64,000 nucleotides of DNA from Candidatus Coprenecus stercorigallinarum (GTDB lineage Bacteria; Bacteroidota; Bacteroidia; Bacteroidales; UBA932), in NCBI GenBank assembly GCA_018711305.1, contig DVIL01000014.1, positions 9,996 through 73,995 of the forward strand. Reading direction: 5' to 3'. The notes beneath the pieces were generated by a model. That model did not search any database, was not told where the DNA came from, and was given only the letters and a program-made list of their open reading frames with translations. A program made the translations under genes and the position numbers. Positions 1 through 10,697 of the stretch are shown in pieces (position 1 is the first letter of the stretch; each line of letters begins with the position of its first letter).

Positions 1-1
1 A

Positions 2-382
2 GCGAAGGAACTGGACATTCCTGTGATAGCCCTGTCCCAGCTCAGCCGTGCCGTCGAGACCAGAGGAGGCAATAAGCGTCCGCAGCTCAGTGACTTGCGA
101 GAATCCGGAGCAATAGAGCAGGACGCCGATATAGTGATGTTCATCCACCGTCCTGAGTATTACGGAACTGAAAGCGAGACTTCCGTGCAGGGAGAGGCGC
201 AGGTGATCATCGCAAAGCACAGGAACGGCTCTACCGCCGACGTGCCTATGCGCTTCCGCGCGTCTGAGGCCCGCTTCGTGGATGCCAATGACGATGGCTT
301 TATAAGTCCCGACGATGATATAGAAGGGTACAGGGGAGTGGAGTCGAGTATGAACAATTCGGAATTCGATGCAGATTATTAG
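2..382 (+). CDS. dnaB: replicative DNA helicase DnaB, C-terminal end (5' part outside window)
   Basis: Frame is open to the window edge. [19 protein letters not shown]...[23 protein letters not shown] matches the DnaB RecA-like C-terminal motifs. Confidence 0.9.
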   Translation, partial: AKELDIPVIALSQLSRAVETRGGNKRPQLSDLRESGAIEQDADIVMFIHRPEYYGTESETSVQGEAQVIIAKHRNGSTADVPMRFRASEARFVDANDDGFISPDDDIEGYRGVESSMNNSEFDADY

Positions 383-1220
383 GTATATGGTTTTGTCCCT
401 GTTCCTGGGACTGTGCGCTCTTCCGCTCAGAGGCCAGTGTTTTCCGATACATCCAGACCTTGTGGAAGACCACGCTTTCCGCCAGGGGGAGAGACTGTCA
501 TATATCATTCATTACAAGTGGCTCGGCATACGTACTGACGTAGGCGAGGCCGAAGTGACGCTTGACGATGGTGGAGAGCGTGACGGCAGACATCTTCTGC
601 ATCCGGTCGCCGTTGGAAGGACCTACAGGTTCTGGGACGTCTTTTTCAAGGTCCGTGACAGGTACGAGTCCGTATTCTATGAGGACAGTGTCAGACCCGT
701 GTATTTCCAAAGGGATATCCACGAAGGGAAATACACAATCAGGAACTACTATCACTGGAATGACAGTACCCATGCAATCAGCGCCGAGGTGATAAAGACC
801 GACCGGACCATAGATACCCTTCTGCCAGGTCACGGATGTACCTTCGATATCCTGACTCTGTTCTACAATGCACGGAACATGGACCTCGAAGCTCTTGAGG
901 CCGGTGTCAACAATCCTGTCTCCTTCGCCATCGACGAGGAGATATTCGACATCTATTTCAGATATATCGGCAGGGAGGAGAAGCGTATCCCGGGGCTCGG
1001 AGTGTGCAGGACCTTGAAGTTTGCAGCCAAGGTGGTTGCAGGCGAGGTGTTTTCCGGGGAGCAGGAGATGCTTATCTGGGTGTCCGACGATATGAACCGG
1101 GTGCCGCTGCTGTTCGAGTCGCCCATCATCGTCGGCTCTGTTTTCGGACGCTTGTCAGCCTGGGACGGGCTGCGGTATCCTCTGGAGGAATGTAAAGTGA
1201 CAAAAAATAAAAGGAAATGA
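369..1220 (+). CDS. DUF3108 domain-containing protein with N-terminal signal peptide
   Basis: 283-aa ORF with a hydrophobic N-terminus. [25 protein letters not shown] is the typical DUF3108 opening strand pattern. Confidence 0.65.
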   Translation: MQIIRYMVLSLFLGLCALPLRGQCFPIHPDLVEDHAFRQGERLSYIIHYKWLGIRTDVGEAEVTLDDGGERDGRHLLHPVAVGRTYRFWDVFFKVRDRYESVFYEDSVRPVYFQRDIHEGKYTIRNYYHWNDSTHAISAEVIKTDRTIDTLLPGHGCTFDILTLFYNARNMDLEALEAGVNNPVSFAIDEEIFDIYFRYIGREEKRIPGLGVCRTLKFAAKVVAGEVFSGEQEMLIWVSDDMNRVPLLFESPIIVGSVFGRLSAWDGLRYPLEECKVTKNKRK

Positions 1221-1645
1221 AACAACAGGAGACAGTAATAAGGCATGCAGGAAAGGTACTTTCAGTAACTTCAGTCCAGACAAAGGTCGAGATATCTGCC
1301 CAGACAGCATGCGCCGCCTGTCAGGCAAAGGCCGTATGCGGGGCCTCTTCCGGAGAGAGCCGCATCATCACAGTACGCCGTCAGGATGACGGTTCTGTAA
1401 AGCCCGGAGACGAGGTCAATGTGCTTATCCGCCAGGGACAGGGATTCAAGGCTGTTTTTATCGCTTATCTTATTCCTTTGTTCATTTTATTGGTTTTATT
1501 ATTAACTTTGCCTATGTTTTTTGAAAATGAACTGGTGACGGGGCTTGGAGCGATAGGTTTCGTGGCTTTGTACTACCTCGTACTGGCTCAGTTCAGGGAC
1601 AGGCTCAACAGTGGATTTGTATTTACAGTGGAAAAAATTAACTAA
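1217..1645 (+). CDS. RseC/MucC-family (SoxR-reducing system) small membrane protein preceding rnf
   Basis: 142 aa. Has an N-terminal Cys motif (CAACQAKAVCG) and two C-terminal TM helices. 4-nt overlap with the upstream gene; sits directly upstream of rnfB. Confidence 0.7.
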   Translation: MKQQETVIRHAGKVLSVTSVQTKVEISAQTACAACQAKAVCGASSGESRIITVRRQDDGSVKPGDEVNVLIRQGQGFKAVFIAYLIPLFILLVLLLTLPMFFENELVTGLGAIGFVALYYLVLAQFRDRLNSGFVFTVEKIN

Positions 1646-1654
1646 CAACAGCAG

Positions 1655-2533
1655 ATGGGTACAACATTTATTTTTACTGTCGTCATTTTCAGCGTGTTGG
1701 GATTACTCCTCGCAGTAGTTCTCTTTCTTGTTGCAAAGAAGTTCAAGGTGGAGGAGGATCCGCTCATCGACATAGTTGAGGCGACCATGCCCGGAGCCAA
1801 CTGCGGAGGCTGCGGTTTTGCAGGATGCAGGGCTTTTGCCGAGGCTTGTGTCAAGACCAGGTCCCTTGAAGGCAAGTTCTGTCCCGTAGGCGGCAATGCG
1901 GTAATGCAGAAAGTAGCCGCCCATCTTGGGGTCACGGTCGAGGAAAAGGCTCCCATGACAGCGGTGGTAAGGTGTAACGGTACATGTACCAACAGGGTCA
2001 GGACCAACGAATACGACGGTTCGGTATCCTGCCGTATCATGAGTTCGCTCTATAGCGGGGATACCGGTTGCCGTTACGGCTGTCTTGGCGGCGGGGACTG
2101 CGAGAAGGCCTGCCAGTTCGGAGCTATCAAGGTCAACCCCGAAACTCTTATCCCCGAGGTGGATGAAGAAAAGTGTACTGCCTGCGGAGCGTGTGTCAGG
2201 GCATGCCCGAAGGGTATCATCGAACTGCGTAACAAGGGTCCCAAGAACCGTCGTGTATATGTTTCCTGCATGAATCAGGACAAGGGCGGAGTGGCACGCA
2301 AGGCATGTTCCGCCGCCTGCATCGGCTGCCGCAAATGCGAGAAAGTATGTCCTTTCGGTGCCATTACAGTCGAGAACAATCTGTCATACATAGATTTCAA
2401 CAAATGCAAGCTCTGCCGTAAGTGTGTGGCCGAGTGTCCCACCGGAGCCATCCATGCCGTGAATTTCCCTCCCAAACCGGCAGCGGCTCCTGCCGCCCCT
2501 GCTGCAGACGAACCTAAAAACCAGACCGCATGA
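1655..2533 (+). CDS. rnfB: Rnf electron transport complex subunit B (Fe-S)
   Basis: N-terminal TM helix, CGGCGFAGC motif and several CxxCxxCxxxCP ferredoxin motifs. First gene of the rnfBCDGEA block. Confidence 0.9.
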   Translation: MGTTFIFTVVIFSVLGLLLAVVLFLVAKKFKVEEDPLIDIVEATMPGANCGGCGFAGCRAFAEACVKTRSLEGKFCPVGGNAVMQKVAAHLGVTVEEKAPMTAVVRCNGTCTNRVRTNEYDGSVSCRIMSSLYSGDTGCRYGCLGGGDCEKACQFGAIKVNPETLIPEVDEEKCTACGACVRACPKGIIELRNKGPKNRRVYVSCMNQDKGGVARKACSAACIGCRKCEKVCPFGAITVENNLSYIDFNKCKLCRKCVAECPTGAIHAVNFPPKPAAAPAAPAADEPKNQTA

Positions 2534-3867
2534 GACGTACGTTTTCAATGGGTGGTGTCCACCCTCACGACTGCAAGATATCAGCAGATTCAGCGATTGA
2601 GATATTTCCTCTGCCCCAGAGGATGTACATTTCCATGTCCCAGCATCTCGGTGCCCCTGCGAAGCCTCTTGTGCAGAAGGGCGACAAGGTCAGGACGGGA
2701 CAGATGATAGGGGCTTCGGCCGGTTTCATATCTGCAAACATCCACAGTTCAGTGTCCGGAACGGTAGCTGCCGTAGAGCCTTATGCCGATCTTGCCGGCA
2801 ATCCTGTGATGCATGTGATAATCGATGTGGAAGGAGACGAGTGGGTGGAGACAATCGACCGCACTCCCGATATAGTACGGGAGATCACTCTCGGTCCGGC
2901 CGAGATTATCAAAAGGATTGCGGACTGTGGCATTGTCGGTATGGGAGGAGCTTCCTTCCCGACCCATGTGAAACTTTCCCCTCCTCCGGGGAAAAAGGCC
3001 GAATTCCTGATTATCAACGGTGCAGAGTGCGAGCCTTACCTTACCTCCGACTACCGGCTGATGGTGGAGCACGGAGAAGAGGTGCTGCTCGGAGCCAGGA
3101 TTATGATGAAGGCCCTCGGTGTGACAAAAGGCTTCATCGGTATCGAGGACAACAAGCCGGCAGCCATTGCGGCCATGAAGAAGCTTACAGCCACTTCCTA
3201 TCCGGAGATAGAAGTGGTGTCCCTCAAGAAGAAATATCCGCAGGGCGGTGAAAAGCAGCTGATCGACGCAGTCACCGGACGGCAGGTGCCTTCCATGGGA
3301 CTTCCCATAGATACCGGAGTCGTGGTCCAGAATGTGGGGACTTCGTTTGCAGTATACGAGGCTGTGCAGAAGAACAAGCCTCTTTTCGAAGGAGTCATGA
3401 CAATAACCGGCGAGTGTCTGGAGAAACAGCACAACTTCCTTATCCGCACAGGTACTACATTTGACCGCATACTCGAATATGTGGGCGGGGTGCCTCAGAG
3501 TGCTGCAAAGATCATCAGCGGCGGTCCCATGATGGGAAAGGCGGTGTCCAATCTCGCTGCAGCCACGGTAAAGAGTTCTTCCTCCCTGTTGCTCCTCACC
3601 GAAGAGCAGACCAGACGTCGTGCCGAGGGCGAGTGCATCCGTTGCGGCAAGTGCGTGCAGGCATGCCCGATGGGACTCGAGCCGTACCTGCTTAACAAGC
3701 TGGCCCGGGCTTCCAGGATGGATGATCTCGAGATGCACAGGGTATATGACTGCATAGAATGCGGATCATGTATGTTCACTTGTCCGGCATATATCCCCCT
3801 GTTGGACTATATCCGTATGGCAAAGGCCGATGTGATGAGAATCATGCGAAGCCGTCCTAAAAAGTAA
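2530..3867 (+). CDS. rnfC: Rnf electron transport complex subunit C
   Basis: 445 aa. GMGGASFPTHVKL and INGAECEPYLTSDYRLM motifs plus two C-terminal 4Fe-4S motifs. Confidence 0.93.
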   Translation: MRRTFSMGGVHPHDCKISADSAIEIFPLPQRMYISMSQHLGAPAKPLVQKGDKVRTGQMIGASAGFISANIHSSVSGTVAAVEPYADLAGNPVMHVIIDVEGDEWVETIDRTPDIVREITLGPAEIIKRIADCGIVGMGGASFPTHVKLSPPPGKKAEFLIINGAECEPYLTSDYRLMVEHGEEVLLGARIMMKALGVTKGFIGIEDNKPAAIAAMKKLTATSYPEIEVVSLKKKYPQGGEKQLIDAVTGRQVPSMGLPIDTGVVVQNVGTSFAVYEAVQKNKPLFEGVMTITGECLEKQHNFLIRTGTTFDRILEYVGGVPQSAAKIISGGPMMGKAVSNLAAATVKSSSSLLLLTEEQTRRRAEGECIRCGKCVQACPMGLEPYLLNKLARASRMDDLEMHRVYDCIECGSCMFTCPAYIPLLDYIRMAKADVMRIMRSRPKK

Positions 3868-3888
3868 CCGATTAAAACCAGATAGAAT

Positions 3889-4893
3889 ATGAGAAAGCTG
3901 ATAGTTTCTCCCGCACCCCATGTTCACGGCAGTGAGAGCACCCGGAAGATAATGCTGGATGTTGTCATCGCCCTGGCACCGTCGATGCTCGTGGCCGTTT
4001 ATTTCTTCGGTCTGAGCGCCATACAGCTGCTTGCCGTATCAGTGGTCGCCTGCGTGGGTCTGGAGTACCTCATTCAGAAATATCTGCTCAGACAGAAACC
4101 CTCTGTGTCGGATCTGTCTGCAGTGGTGACCGGTGTGCTTCTGGCGCTCAACCTGCCGCCTGCGGCTCCATGGTGGATTGCCGTGATAGGTGCTGTAGTC
4201 GCTATAGGCATTACCAAGATGACATTCGGAGGCCTGGGTCACAATATCTTCAATCCGGCTCTCGTGGGACGTGTTTTCCTGCTTGTCTCTTTTCCTGTGA
4301 TTATGACTGACTGGACAGTGCCCGAGTCCATATTCCGACCTGGAGTCGATGCCGTTTCCGGAGCCACTCCTCTTGCGATGGTAAAGGAAGGACTGGCCCA
4401 GGGGCAGACTGTGGAGCAGATCCTGGCCGCAAATCCGGACCTGAGTTACGGTCAGATGCTGTTTGCGCGTGCAGGCGGCTCGGCCGGAGAGGCTTCCGCG
4501 CTGGCACTGATTATAGGATTCATCTACCTGCTGGTGCGCAGGGTTATCCGTCCCCATATCCCGGTTACCATTATCCTTACGGTAGCGGTGATGTCCGGTA
4601 TTTTCTGGCTGATTGACCCCGGACAGTATACTGATCCTCTGTTCAACATTCTCACCGGAGGTCTGCTGCTCGGCTCCATCTTCATGGCCACCGATTATGT
4701 CACCTCTCCCATGGCGACAAAGGGTATGGTCATATACGGTATAGGAATAGGCGTGCTGACAGTCCTTATCCGTTACTTCGGATCATATCCTGAAGGTGTG
4801 TCCTTCGCGATACTGATCATGAACTCTATTGTTCCCCTGCTCAATAAATACATAAAGCCCGCAAGGTTCGGGAAGGAGGTAAAACATGCCTAA
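3889..4893 (+). CDS. rnfD: Rnf electron transport complex subunit D
   Basis: 334-aa polytopic membrane protein. SGATPL flavinylation-site motif; position in the operon. Confidence 0.92.
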   Translation: MRKLIVSPAPHVHGSESTRKIMLDVVIALAPSMLVAVYFFGLSAIQLLAVSVVACVGLEYLIQKYLLRQKPSVSDLSAVVTGVLLALNLPPAAPWWIAVIGAVVAIGITKMTFGGLGHNIFNPALVGRVFLLVSFPVIMTDWTVPESIFRPGVDAVSGATPLAMVKEGLAQGQTVEQILAANPDLSYGQMLFARAGGSAGEASALALIIGFIYLLVRRVIRPHIPVTIILTVAVMSGIFWLIDPGQYTDPLFNILTGGLLLGSIFMATDYVTSPMATKGMVIYGIGIGVLTVLIRYFGSYPEGVSFAILIMNSIVPLLNKYIKPARFGKEVKHA

Positions 4894-5461
4894 AGAATCC
4901 ACGCTCCGCAGTATGGCCGTATGCCTTTTACTGGTGTGTCTGGCCTGCTCCGCATTGCTCGGAGGTGTCTATGTCCTGACATTGGACAAGATCAACCAGG
5001 AGGTCGTAAAGAAGACCAACAACGCCATAGCTCTCGTGACTCCGGATTTCGACAACGAGCCTTCCTCGGAGAGCATGTCCGTCGAGCTGGACGGGGAGTC
5101 CGTTACTGTCTACCCCGCCAAGAAGGGAGGACAGACTGTAGGCTATGCCGTCGAGTCCTTTACATCCAAGGGTTTCAGCGGAACCATCGATATCATGGTT
5201 GGTTTCGATATGGACGGGAATATCACCGGCACATCAGTCATCTCCCATTCGGAGACCCCGGGACTTGGAGCCAAGATGACCGAGCCCTCCTTCTATTCCC
5301 AGTTTGTAGGCAAGAATCCCGCATCCTTCCGTCTGGCCGTATCCAAGGACGGTGGAGACGTGGATGCCATAACCGCTTCCACCATTACCTCCAGAGCATA
5401 CTGCGATGCGGTGGACAGGGCCTACAGGGTATACCAGAAAGTAGTCAACTCATCTAAATAA
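4886..5461 (+). CDS. rnfG: Rnf electron transport complex subunit G (FMN-binding)
   Basis: 191 aa with an N-terminal TM helix. FMN-binding motif region DAITASTITSRA. Confidence 0.9.
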   Translation: MPKESTLRSMAVCLLLVCLACSALLGGVYVLTLDKINQEVVKKTNNAIALVTPDFDNEPSSESMSVELDGESVTVYPAKKGGQTVGYAVESFTSKGFSGTIDIMVGFDMDGNITGTSVISHSETPGLGAKMTEPSFYSQFVGKNPASFRLAVSKDGGDVDAITASTITSRAYCDAVDRAYRVYQKVVNSSK

Positions 5462-5469
5462 TTGCGGAT

Positions 5470-6060
5470 ATGAGTAGTAAACTGAGAATTATAACTAACG
5501 GCATCATAAAGGACAATCCCACCTTTATCCTCGTGCTCGGCATGTGCCCTACCATCGGCACCACCACTTCCGCGATCAACGGCATGGGAATGGGACTTGC
5601 CACGACATTTGTCCTGATCCTGTCCAATGTGTTCATCTCCCTGTTTGCCAAGATGATTCCGGATAAAGTGAGGATTCCGGCATACATTGTGATAATAGCC
5701 TCTTTCGTGACTGTCCTGCAGCTGCTTATGCAGGCATACGTGCCTGACCTCTACGCGGCCCTGGGTCTGTTCATCCCTCTTATTGTGGTCAACTGCATCA
5801 TCCTCGGCCGTGCCGAAGCCTTTGCCAACAAGAATACTCCCGGGGATTCCGCCCTCGACGGTATCGGTATCGGCCTCGGTTTTACAATAGCCCTTACATT
5901 CATCGGTCTGGTCCGCGAGCTGCTTGGAAGTATGTCATTGTTCGGTATGAAACTGGCAGAAGGTGACGGCATGCTGGCGTTTGTCCTTGCACCGGGAGGC
6001 TTCCTTGTGCTGGGCTATCTGATGGTGGTTTTCAGGAAACTTATTAACAAAAAGGCTTAA
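5470..6060 (+). CDS. rnfE: Rnf electron transport complex subunit E
   Basis: 196 aa. [20 protein letters not shown] is typical of RnfE/NqrD-like proteins. Confidence 0.92.
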   Translation: MSSKLRIITNGIIKDNPTFILVLGMCPTIGTTTSAINGMGMGLATTFVLILSNVFISLFAKMIPDKVRIPAYIVIIASFVTVLQLLMQAYVPDLYAALGLFIPLIVVNCIILGRAEAFANKNTPGDSALDGIGIGLGFTIALTFIGLVRELLGSMSLFGMKLAEGDGMLAFVLAPGGFLVLGYLMVVFRKLINKKA

Positions 6061-6065
6061 TCGTT

Positions 6066-6665
6066 ATGGAATATCTGATAATTATCATATCGGCGGTATT
6101 CGTCAACAATATTGTACTGGCGCAGTTTCTCGGTATCTGTCCTTTCCTTGGTGTATCCAACAAGGTCAGCACCGCTACGGGAATGTCTGCGGCAGTGGTA
6201 TTCGTGATCACTCTGTCAACCTTAGTGACCTACCTTCTCCACTATTACGTGCTGGTCCCCCTCGGGATCGAGTTCATGATGACGATAGTCTTTATTCTCG
6301 TCATTGCGGCGCTCGTGCAGATGGTGGAGATTATCCTGAAGAAGATATCCCCCTCGCTGTATCAGGCCCTCGGAATCTTCCTGCCGCTGATTACCACCAA
6401 CTGTACCGTGCTTGGAGTCGCCATCAACGTGGTGACAAAGGAATTTACCTTCGGAGGCGAAGCGCATCTGCTGAATCTTGGAGAGACCGTGGTCTATGCT
6501 GCGTCAAGTGCCCTCGGTTTCGGAGTGGCGATGATCCTTTTCGCCGGTATCCGCGAGCAGATGGAGATGGTGGGAGTGCCCAAGGCTTTCAAAGGGACTC
6601 CCATAGCATTGATAACGGCCGGTATTCTGGCCATGGCCTTCATGGGATTCAGCGGTTTGGTATAA
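6066..6665 (+). CDS. rnfA: Rnf electron transport complex subunit A
   Basis: 199 aa. [20 protein letters not shown] is typical of RnfA/NqrE-like proteins. Confidence 0.92.
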   Translation: MEYLIIIISAVFVNNIVLAQFLGICPFLGVSNKVSTATGMSAAVVFVITLSTLVTYLLHYYVLVPLGIEFMMTIVFILVIAALVQMVEIILKKISPSLYQALGIFLPLITTNCTVLGVAINVVTKEFTFGGEAHLLNLGETVVYAASSALGFGVAMILFAGIREQMEMVGVPKAFKGTPIALITAGILAMAFMGFSGLV

Positions 6666-6671
6666 GATAGT

Positions 6672-6944
6672 ATGCTTACACTGACAGAGATAGAGAAATT
6701 GGTGGCTTCGGGGCATCTGGACGATGCGCGGGAAGAACTGGACCGTCTTCTTAAATCGGAGCCGGACAATGCCCAGGCATGGTTCCTTCTCGGAGGTATC
6801 TACCGCAGGCACGAAATGTGGGGCGATGCTATAAATGCCTACAACAGGGCGAAACTTATAGAGCCGGAAGGACCGGCTGCAGCAGCCGTGGAGTCGATTT
6901 ACGATATCCTGCGCTTCGTGAACGTGGATCTGATGAATCCTTAG
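6672..6944 (+). CDS. small tetratricopeptide-repeat protein
   Basis: 90 aa. PDNAQAWFLLGGIYRRHEMWGDAINAYNRAKLIEP is a TPR-like pattern. Confidence 0.6.
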   Translation: MLTLTEIEKLVASGHLDDAREELDRLLKSEPDNAQAWFLLGGIYRRHEMWGDAINAYNRAKLIEPEGPAAAAVESIYDILRFVNVDLMNP

Positions 6945-7480
6945 CGCGGAGTAAGGACGTAGAGGACTATTCCGACAGCCACTGAAACATTGAGTGAGTG
7001 TTTGGTGCCCCATTGCGGGATTTCGAGAGTCCAGTCGCACATGTCCACCGCTTCCTGAGATATGCCGTGAACTTCATTTCCGAAGATCACGGCATACTTC
7101 TTTTCCGGATCCAGCTTACGCTCCCCGCGCAGGAAGCAGTCCGTTGAGATCGAGTTCTCGGTCTGTTCCACACCGATGATGATGTATCCTTCTTCTTTCA
7201 GCTCCCGGAGTGCATCTACGGTGCTTTCCCTGTATGTCCAGTCTACGGAAAATTCGGCTCCGAGGGCGGACTTGTGGATCTCAGGGGACGGAGGGGTGGA
7301 ACTTATGCCGCACAGGATTATGCCGGAGGCACGGAATGCATCGCTGGTGCGGAAGGCCGAACCTATGTTGTGGCGGCTGCGGACATTGTCCAGAACGACG
7401 GTTACAGGGCTTTTTGAGAGGCTCTTATACTCTTCGACGGCGGGGCGTCCGAGTTCGCTGTTCAATAATTTCCTAAACAT
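6941..7480 (-). CDS. TrmH/SpoU-family RNA 2'-O-methyltransferase
   Basis: 179 aa. NIGSAFRTSDAF, FGNEVHGIS and SLNVSVAVGIVLY are SpoU methylase motifs 1-3. Confidence 0.85.
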   Translation of the reverse strand: MFRKLLNSELGRPAVEEYKSLSKSPVTVVLDNVRSRHNIGSAFRTSDAFRASGIILCGISSTPPSPEIHKSALGAEFSVDWTYRESTVDALRELKEEGYIIIGVEQTENSISTDCFLRGERKLDPEKKYAVIFGNEVHGISQEAVDMCDWTLEIPQWGTKHSLNVSVAVGIVLYVLTPR

Positions 7481-7511
7481 TTGTCAGAAGATAAAATTTT
7501 GCGTACATTCG

Positions 7512-7519
7512 CAAAGTTA
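7512..7519 (-). promoter_or_regulatory. candidate -7 promoter box (TAACTTTG) for the trmH-family gene
   Basis: Perfect TAnnTTTG on the minus strand, 32 nt upstream of ATG 7480. Confidence 0.4.
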
Positions 7520-7549
7520 AACTGAATTGAATAATTTTAACAAAATATT

Positions 7550-8830
7550 ATGAAACAGGATCTTCAAATATCTGAACTCATTAAGAAGGAAGAGAGCCGC
7601 CAGCTTCACGGCATCGAGCTCATCGCTTCTGAAAACTTTGTCAGCAACAACGTTCTGGCCGCACTCGGTTCATGCCTGACCAACAAGTATGCCGAGGGTT
7701 ACCCCGGAGCCCGTTACTACGGTGGCTGCGAGGTGGTTGACCAGGTGGAGCAGTTGGCTATCGACCGTCTCAAAGAGCTTTACGGTGCCGAGTTTGCCAA
7801 TGTACAGCCTCACTCCGGCGCACAGGCCAACATGGCTGTCTTCATGGCATGCCTCAAGCCCGGTGACACCTTCATGGGTCTTGACCTGGCTCACGGCGGA
7901 CACCTCACACACGGCTCGCCCGTCAACATGTCCGGTATCAACTATCATCCCGTAGCCTACAAGCTCAACGAGGAAACCGGCCGTGTGGACTACGACCAGA
8001 TGGAGAAGACCGCTCTTGAGACCAAACCCAAACTGATTGTCGGCGGAGCCTCCGCATACTCCCGTGAGTGGGATTGGAAGAGGATGCGTCAGATAGCCGA
8101 CGAGGTAGGTGCTATCTTTATGGTGGATATGGCCCATCCTGCAGGACTTATCGCAGCAGGTCTGCTGGACAACCCTGTAAAATATGCCCATATCGTAACC
8201 ACTACCACCCACAAGACTCTCCGTGGACCCCGCGGCGGTGCAATCATCATCGGTAAGGACTTCGAGAACCCTTGGGGACTCAAGACTCCGAAAGGCCAGA
8301 TCAAGATGATGTCCCAGCTTATCAATTCTGCCGTATTCCCCGGTATTCAGGGTGGTCCCCTCGAGCACTGCATCGGTGCAAAGGCCGTCGCCTTCTACGA
8401 GGCACTGCAGCCTGAGTTCAAGGAGTATCAGATGCAGGTCAAGAAGAATGCTGCAGCGATGGCACAGGCATTCCTCGACAGGGGCTACAAGATCGTGTCC
8501 GGCGGTACAGACAACCACCTGATGCTGATCGACCTCCGCACCAAGTTCCCCGATCTGACCGGTAAGGTGGCCGAGAAGACTCTCGTACGTGCCGATATCA
8601 CCGTCAACAAGAACATGGTGCCTTTCGACAGCCGTACTCCTTTCACGACTTCAGGTATCCGCGTAGGAACACCTGCAATTACATCCAGAGGCCTGGTTGA
8701 GAAGGATATGGAGACTATCGTCGACATGATCGACGAGGTGCTCTCCGATGTCGAGAACGAGGCAGTAATCGAGAAGGTAAAGAATGCAGCCCACACCCTT
8801 GTTGCCGGACGTCCTCTGAACGTATGGTAG
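7550..8830 (+). CDS. glyA: serine hydroxymethyltransferase
   Basis: 426 aa. [22 protein letters not shown] and the [17 protein letters not shown]-lysine motif. Confidence 0.97.
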   Translation: MKQDLQISELIKKEESRQLHGIELIASENFVSNNVLAALGSCLTNKYAEGYPGARYYGGCEVVDQVEQLAIDRLKELYGAEFANVQPHSGAQANMAVFMACLKPGDTFMGLDLAHGGHLTHGSPVNMSGINYHPVAYKLNEETGRVDYDQMEKTALETKPKLIVGGASAYSREWDWKRMRQIADEVGAIFMVDMAHPAGLIAAGLLDNPVKYAHIVTTTTHKTLRGPRGGAIIIGKDFENPWGLKTPKGQIKMMSQLINSAVFPGIQGGPLEHCIGAKAVAFYEALQPEFKEYQMQVKKNAAAMAQAFLDRGYKIVSGGTDNHLMLIDLRTKFPDLTGKVAEKTLVRADITVNKNMVPFDSRTPFTTSGIRVGTPAITSRGLVEKDMETIVDMIDEVLSDVENEAVIEKVKNAAHTLVAGRPLNVW

Positions 8831-8853
8831 CAGCCGGACCTGCAATTTGAATC

Positions 8854-8895
8854 ATTGCGGTGGATTTCTCATCTGAAATCCACCGCAATTTTTTA
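8854..8895 (+). terminator. intrinsic terminator after glyA
   Basis: Perfect 15-bp stem (ATTGCGGTGGATTTC / GAAATCCACCGCAAT), 6-nt loop, then a T-run. Confidence 0.8.
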
Positions 8896-8901
8896 TATTT
8901 G
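8894..8901 (+). promoter_or_regulatory. candidate -7 box (TATATTTG) for thiD; implies a near-leaderless mRNA
   Basis: Perfect TAnnTTTG ending 4 nt before ATG 8906. Confidence 0.35.
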
Positions 8902-8905
8902 AACC

Positions 8906-9697
8906 ATGAAAGATTATCCTATAGTATTGTCGATAGCCGGATCCGACCCCTCGGGCGGAGCCGGAATCCAGGCCGATATCAAGGCTGTTTCTGCTTGCGG
9001 AGGCTATGCCGCTGCGGCGATTACTGCGGTGACGGTCCAGAATACCCTCGGTGTGTCCGGAGTGGAATATCTGCCAGCCGACCTGGTGGAGCGTCAGATA
9101 GACGCCGTAATGTCAGACCTGGCCGTGGATGCTGTTAAAATAGGAATGACCGGGACTGCGCCCGTCGTTGAGGCGATAGCCCGTCAGCTGTCCAGGCATC
9201 CGGTACTGTATGTGGTCACCGATCCGGTGATGGTTTCCACCAGCAAGGACGCACTGACCATGCCTGAAGCCGTGGAGGCCCTCTGCACCTGTATTTTCCC
9301 TAAATCCCATATCGTCACGCCGAACATAGACGAGGCTTCCCGTCTTGCCGGTTTCCGCATAGCTTCCGTGGATGATATGGACCGTGCTGCGGTGATGCTG
9401 CGTGACCGTTACAGCTGTGCGTTTCTGGTCAAGGGCGGGGATATGGGCGGGGATTCCACCTCTACTGACGTGCTGTGCGACATAGACGGTCTCGTGCATT
9501 TTACTTCTGACCGTATTGCCACTGAAAACCTGCACGGTACAGGTTGTACGCTGTCTTCTTCAATAGCCACGTTCCTCGGAGCCGGCCGCCCTTTGCGGGA
9601 GGCAGTGCATTCGGCCGTGACATATGTGCACAGGGCGATCCTTGCAGCGGCTCAGCTGAGGATAGGTCATGGACACGGACCGCTGCGCCATATGTAG
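8906..9697 (+). CDS. thiD: bifunctional hydroxymethylpyrimidine / phosphomethylpyrimidine kinase
   Basis: 263 aa. VLSIAGSDPSGGAGIQADIK opening and LHGTGCTLSSSIA motif. Confidence 0.93.
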   Translation: MKDYPIVLSIAGSDPSGGAGIQADIKAVSACGGYAAAAITAVTVQNTLGVSGVEYLPADLVERQIDAVMSDLAVDAVKIGMTGTAPVVEAIARQLSRHPVLYVVTDPVMVSTSKDALTMPEAVEALCTCIFPKSHIVTPNIDEASRLAGFRIASVDDMDRAAVMLRDRYSCAFLVKGGDMGGDSTSTDVLCDIDGLVHFTSDRIATENLHGTGCTLSSSIATFLGAGRPLREAVHSAVTYVHRAILAAAQLRIGHGHGPLRHM

Positions 9698-9716
9698 AAA
9701 ATTGGAATATTATACG

Positions 9717-9724
9717 TATCTTTG
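9717..9724 (+). promoter_or_regulatory. candidate -7 box (TATCTTTG) for lgt
   Basis: Perfect TAnnTTTG, 30 nt upstream of ATG 9754. Confidence 0.45.
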
Positions 9725-9753
9725 CTAAGATAAAATTAGAAAACGGATAATTT

Positions 9754-10686
9754 ATGTTAGATCTGTTAACGGTTACATGGAATGTCAATCCTGATATTTT
9801 ATCCATAGGCGGATTCCATCTGAGGTGGTACAGCGTTCTTTTCGTGGCCGGACTTTTCCCTGTGGGCTATTATATCATGCGCTCCTTCTACAAGCGGGAG
9901 GGTATTCCTGTAGAAAGTCTTGATGCGCTGCTCTTTGCCCTGTTCATCGGCACACTTGTGGGTGCGCGTCTGGGACATTGCCTCTTTTATGACCCTGTCT
10001 ACTACCTTTCGCATCCATGGAAGATACTGATGACATGGGAGGGGGGGCTGGCCTCCCACGGCGGTGCGATAGGCGTGCTCCTGGCTATATGGTGGTATGT
10101 GCACAAGTACGGTAAGAAATACGGCTTCGGCTATATCCAGCTCATAGACCGCCTCGTGATACCCATCTGTTTTGCGGGTATGATGATCCGTCTCGGCAAT
10201 CTGATGAATTCTGAAATTTACGGTGTGCACACTGACCTGCCGTGGGGTTTCATTTTCGTCCGCGATCCTCTCGGAGACGGTCTGCCTCACCATCCTACAC
10301 AGCTCTATGAGGCTCTGAGTTACTGTATTCTCGGTCTGGTCCTGCTGTGGCTGTACAGAACCAGACTCGACAGACTCCGTACCGGTACCATTTTCGGCAT
10401 CTTCCTGATAGTGCTTTTCGGCATGAGGTTCCTCATCGAGTTCATCAAGGAGGACCAGGTGGCGTTCGAGCAGGGAATGACTCTCAATATGGGACAATGG
10501 CTGAGCGTACCGTTCATTGTAGCGGGGATCCTGCTGCTCGTATGGAGCTTTACCAAGGCCGGGCCGGCTGCCATTCATGTCCCGGAGTCCGCCCTTAAGC
10601 AGCCGGGACAGCATCCCGACAGACAGACGCGTAAACCCAAGGAAAAGGTCCCGCTCGACCATGTCCATTCAAAGAATCATCTATAA
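9754..10686 (+). CDS. lgt: prolipoprotein diacylglyceryl transferase
   Basis: 310-aa polytopic protein. HLRWYSVLFVAG, GARLGHCLFY and GGLASHGGAIG motifs. Confidence 0.9.
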   Translation: MLDLLTVTWNVNPDILSIGGFHLRWYSVLFVAGLFPVGYYIMRSFYKREGIPVESLDALLFALFIGTLVGARLGHCLFYDPVYYLSHPWKILMTWEGGLASHGGAIGVLLAIWWYVHKYGKKYGFGYIQLIDRLVIPICFAGMMIRLGNLMNSEIYGVHTDLPWGFIFVRDPLGDGLPHHPTQLYEALSYCILGLVLLWLYRTRLDRLRTGTIFGIFLIVLFGMRFLIEFIKEDQVAFEQGMTLNMGQWLSVPFIVAGILLLVWSFTKAGPAAIHVPESALKQPGQHPDRQTRKPKEKVPLDHVHSKNHL

Positions 10687-10697
10687 ATCCCAACAAT

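Noticed and set aside
2749-3738. Long antisense ORFs opposite well-supported genes
   Set aside because: Examples are 2749-3738, 7670-8518, 9799-10668, 19428-20534, 20771-21703, 27333-28172, 38316-39080, 49791-50678 and 52167-53060. These are shadow ORFs produced by GC-rich codon periodicity. Their translations are low-complexity (R/G/H/P-rich) with no recognisable motifs, and each lies fully inside a strongly supported gene.
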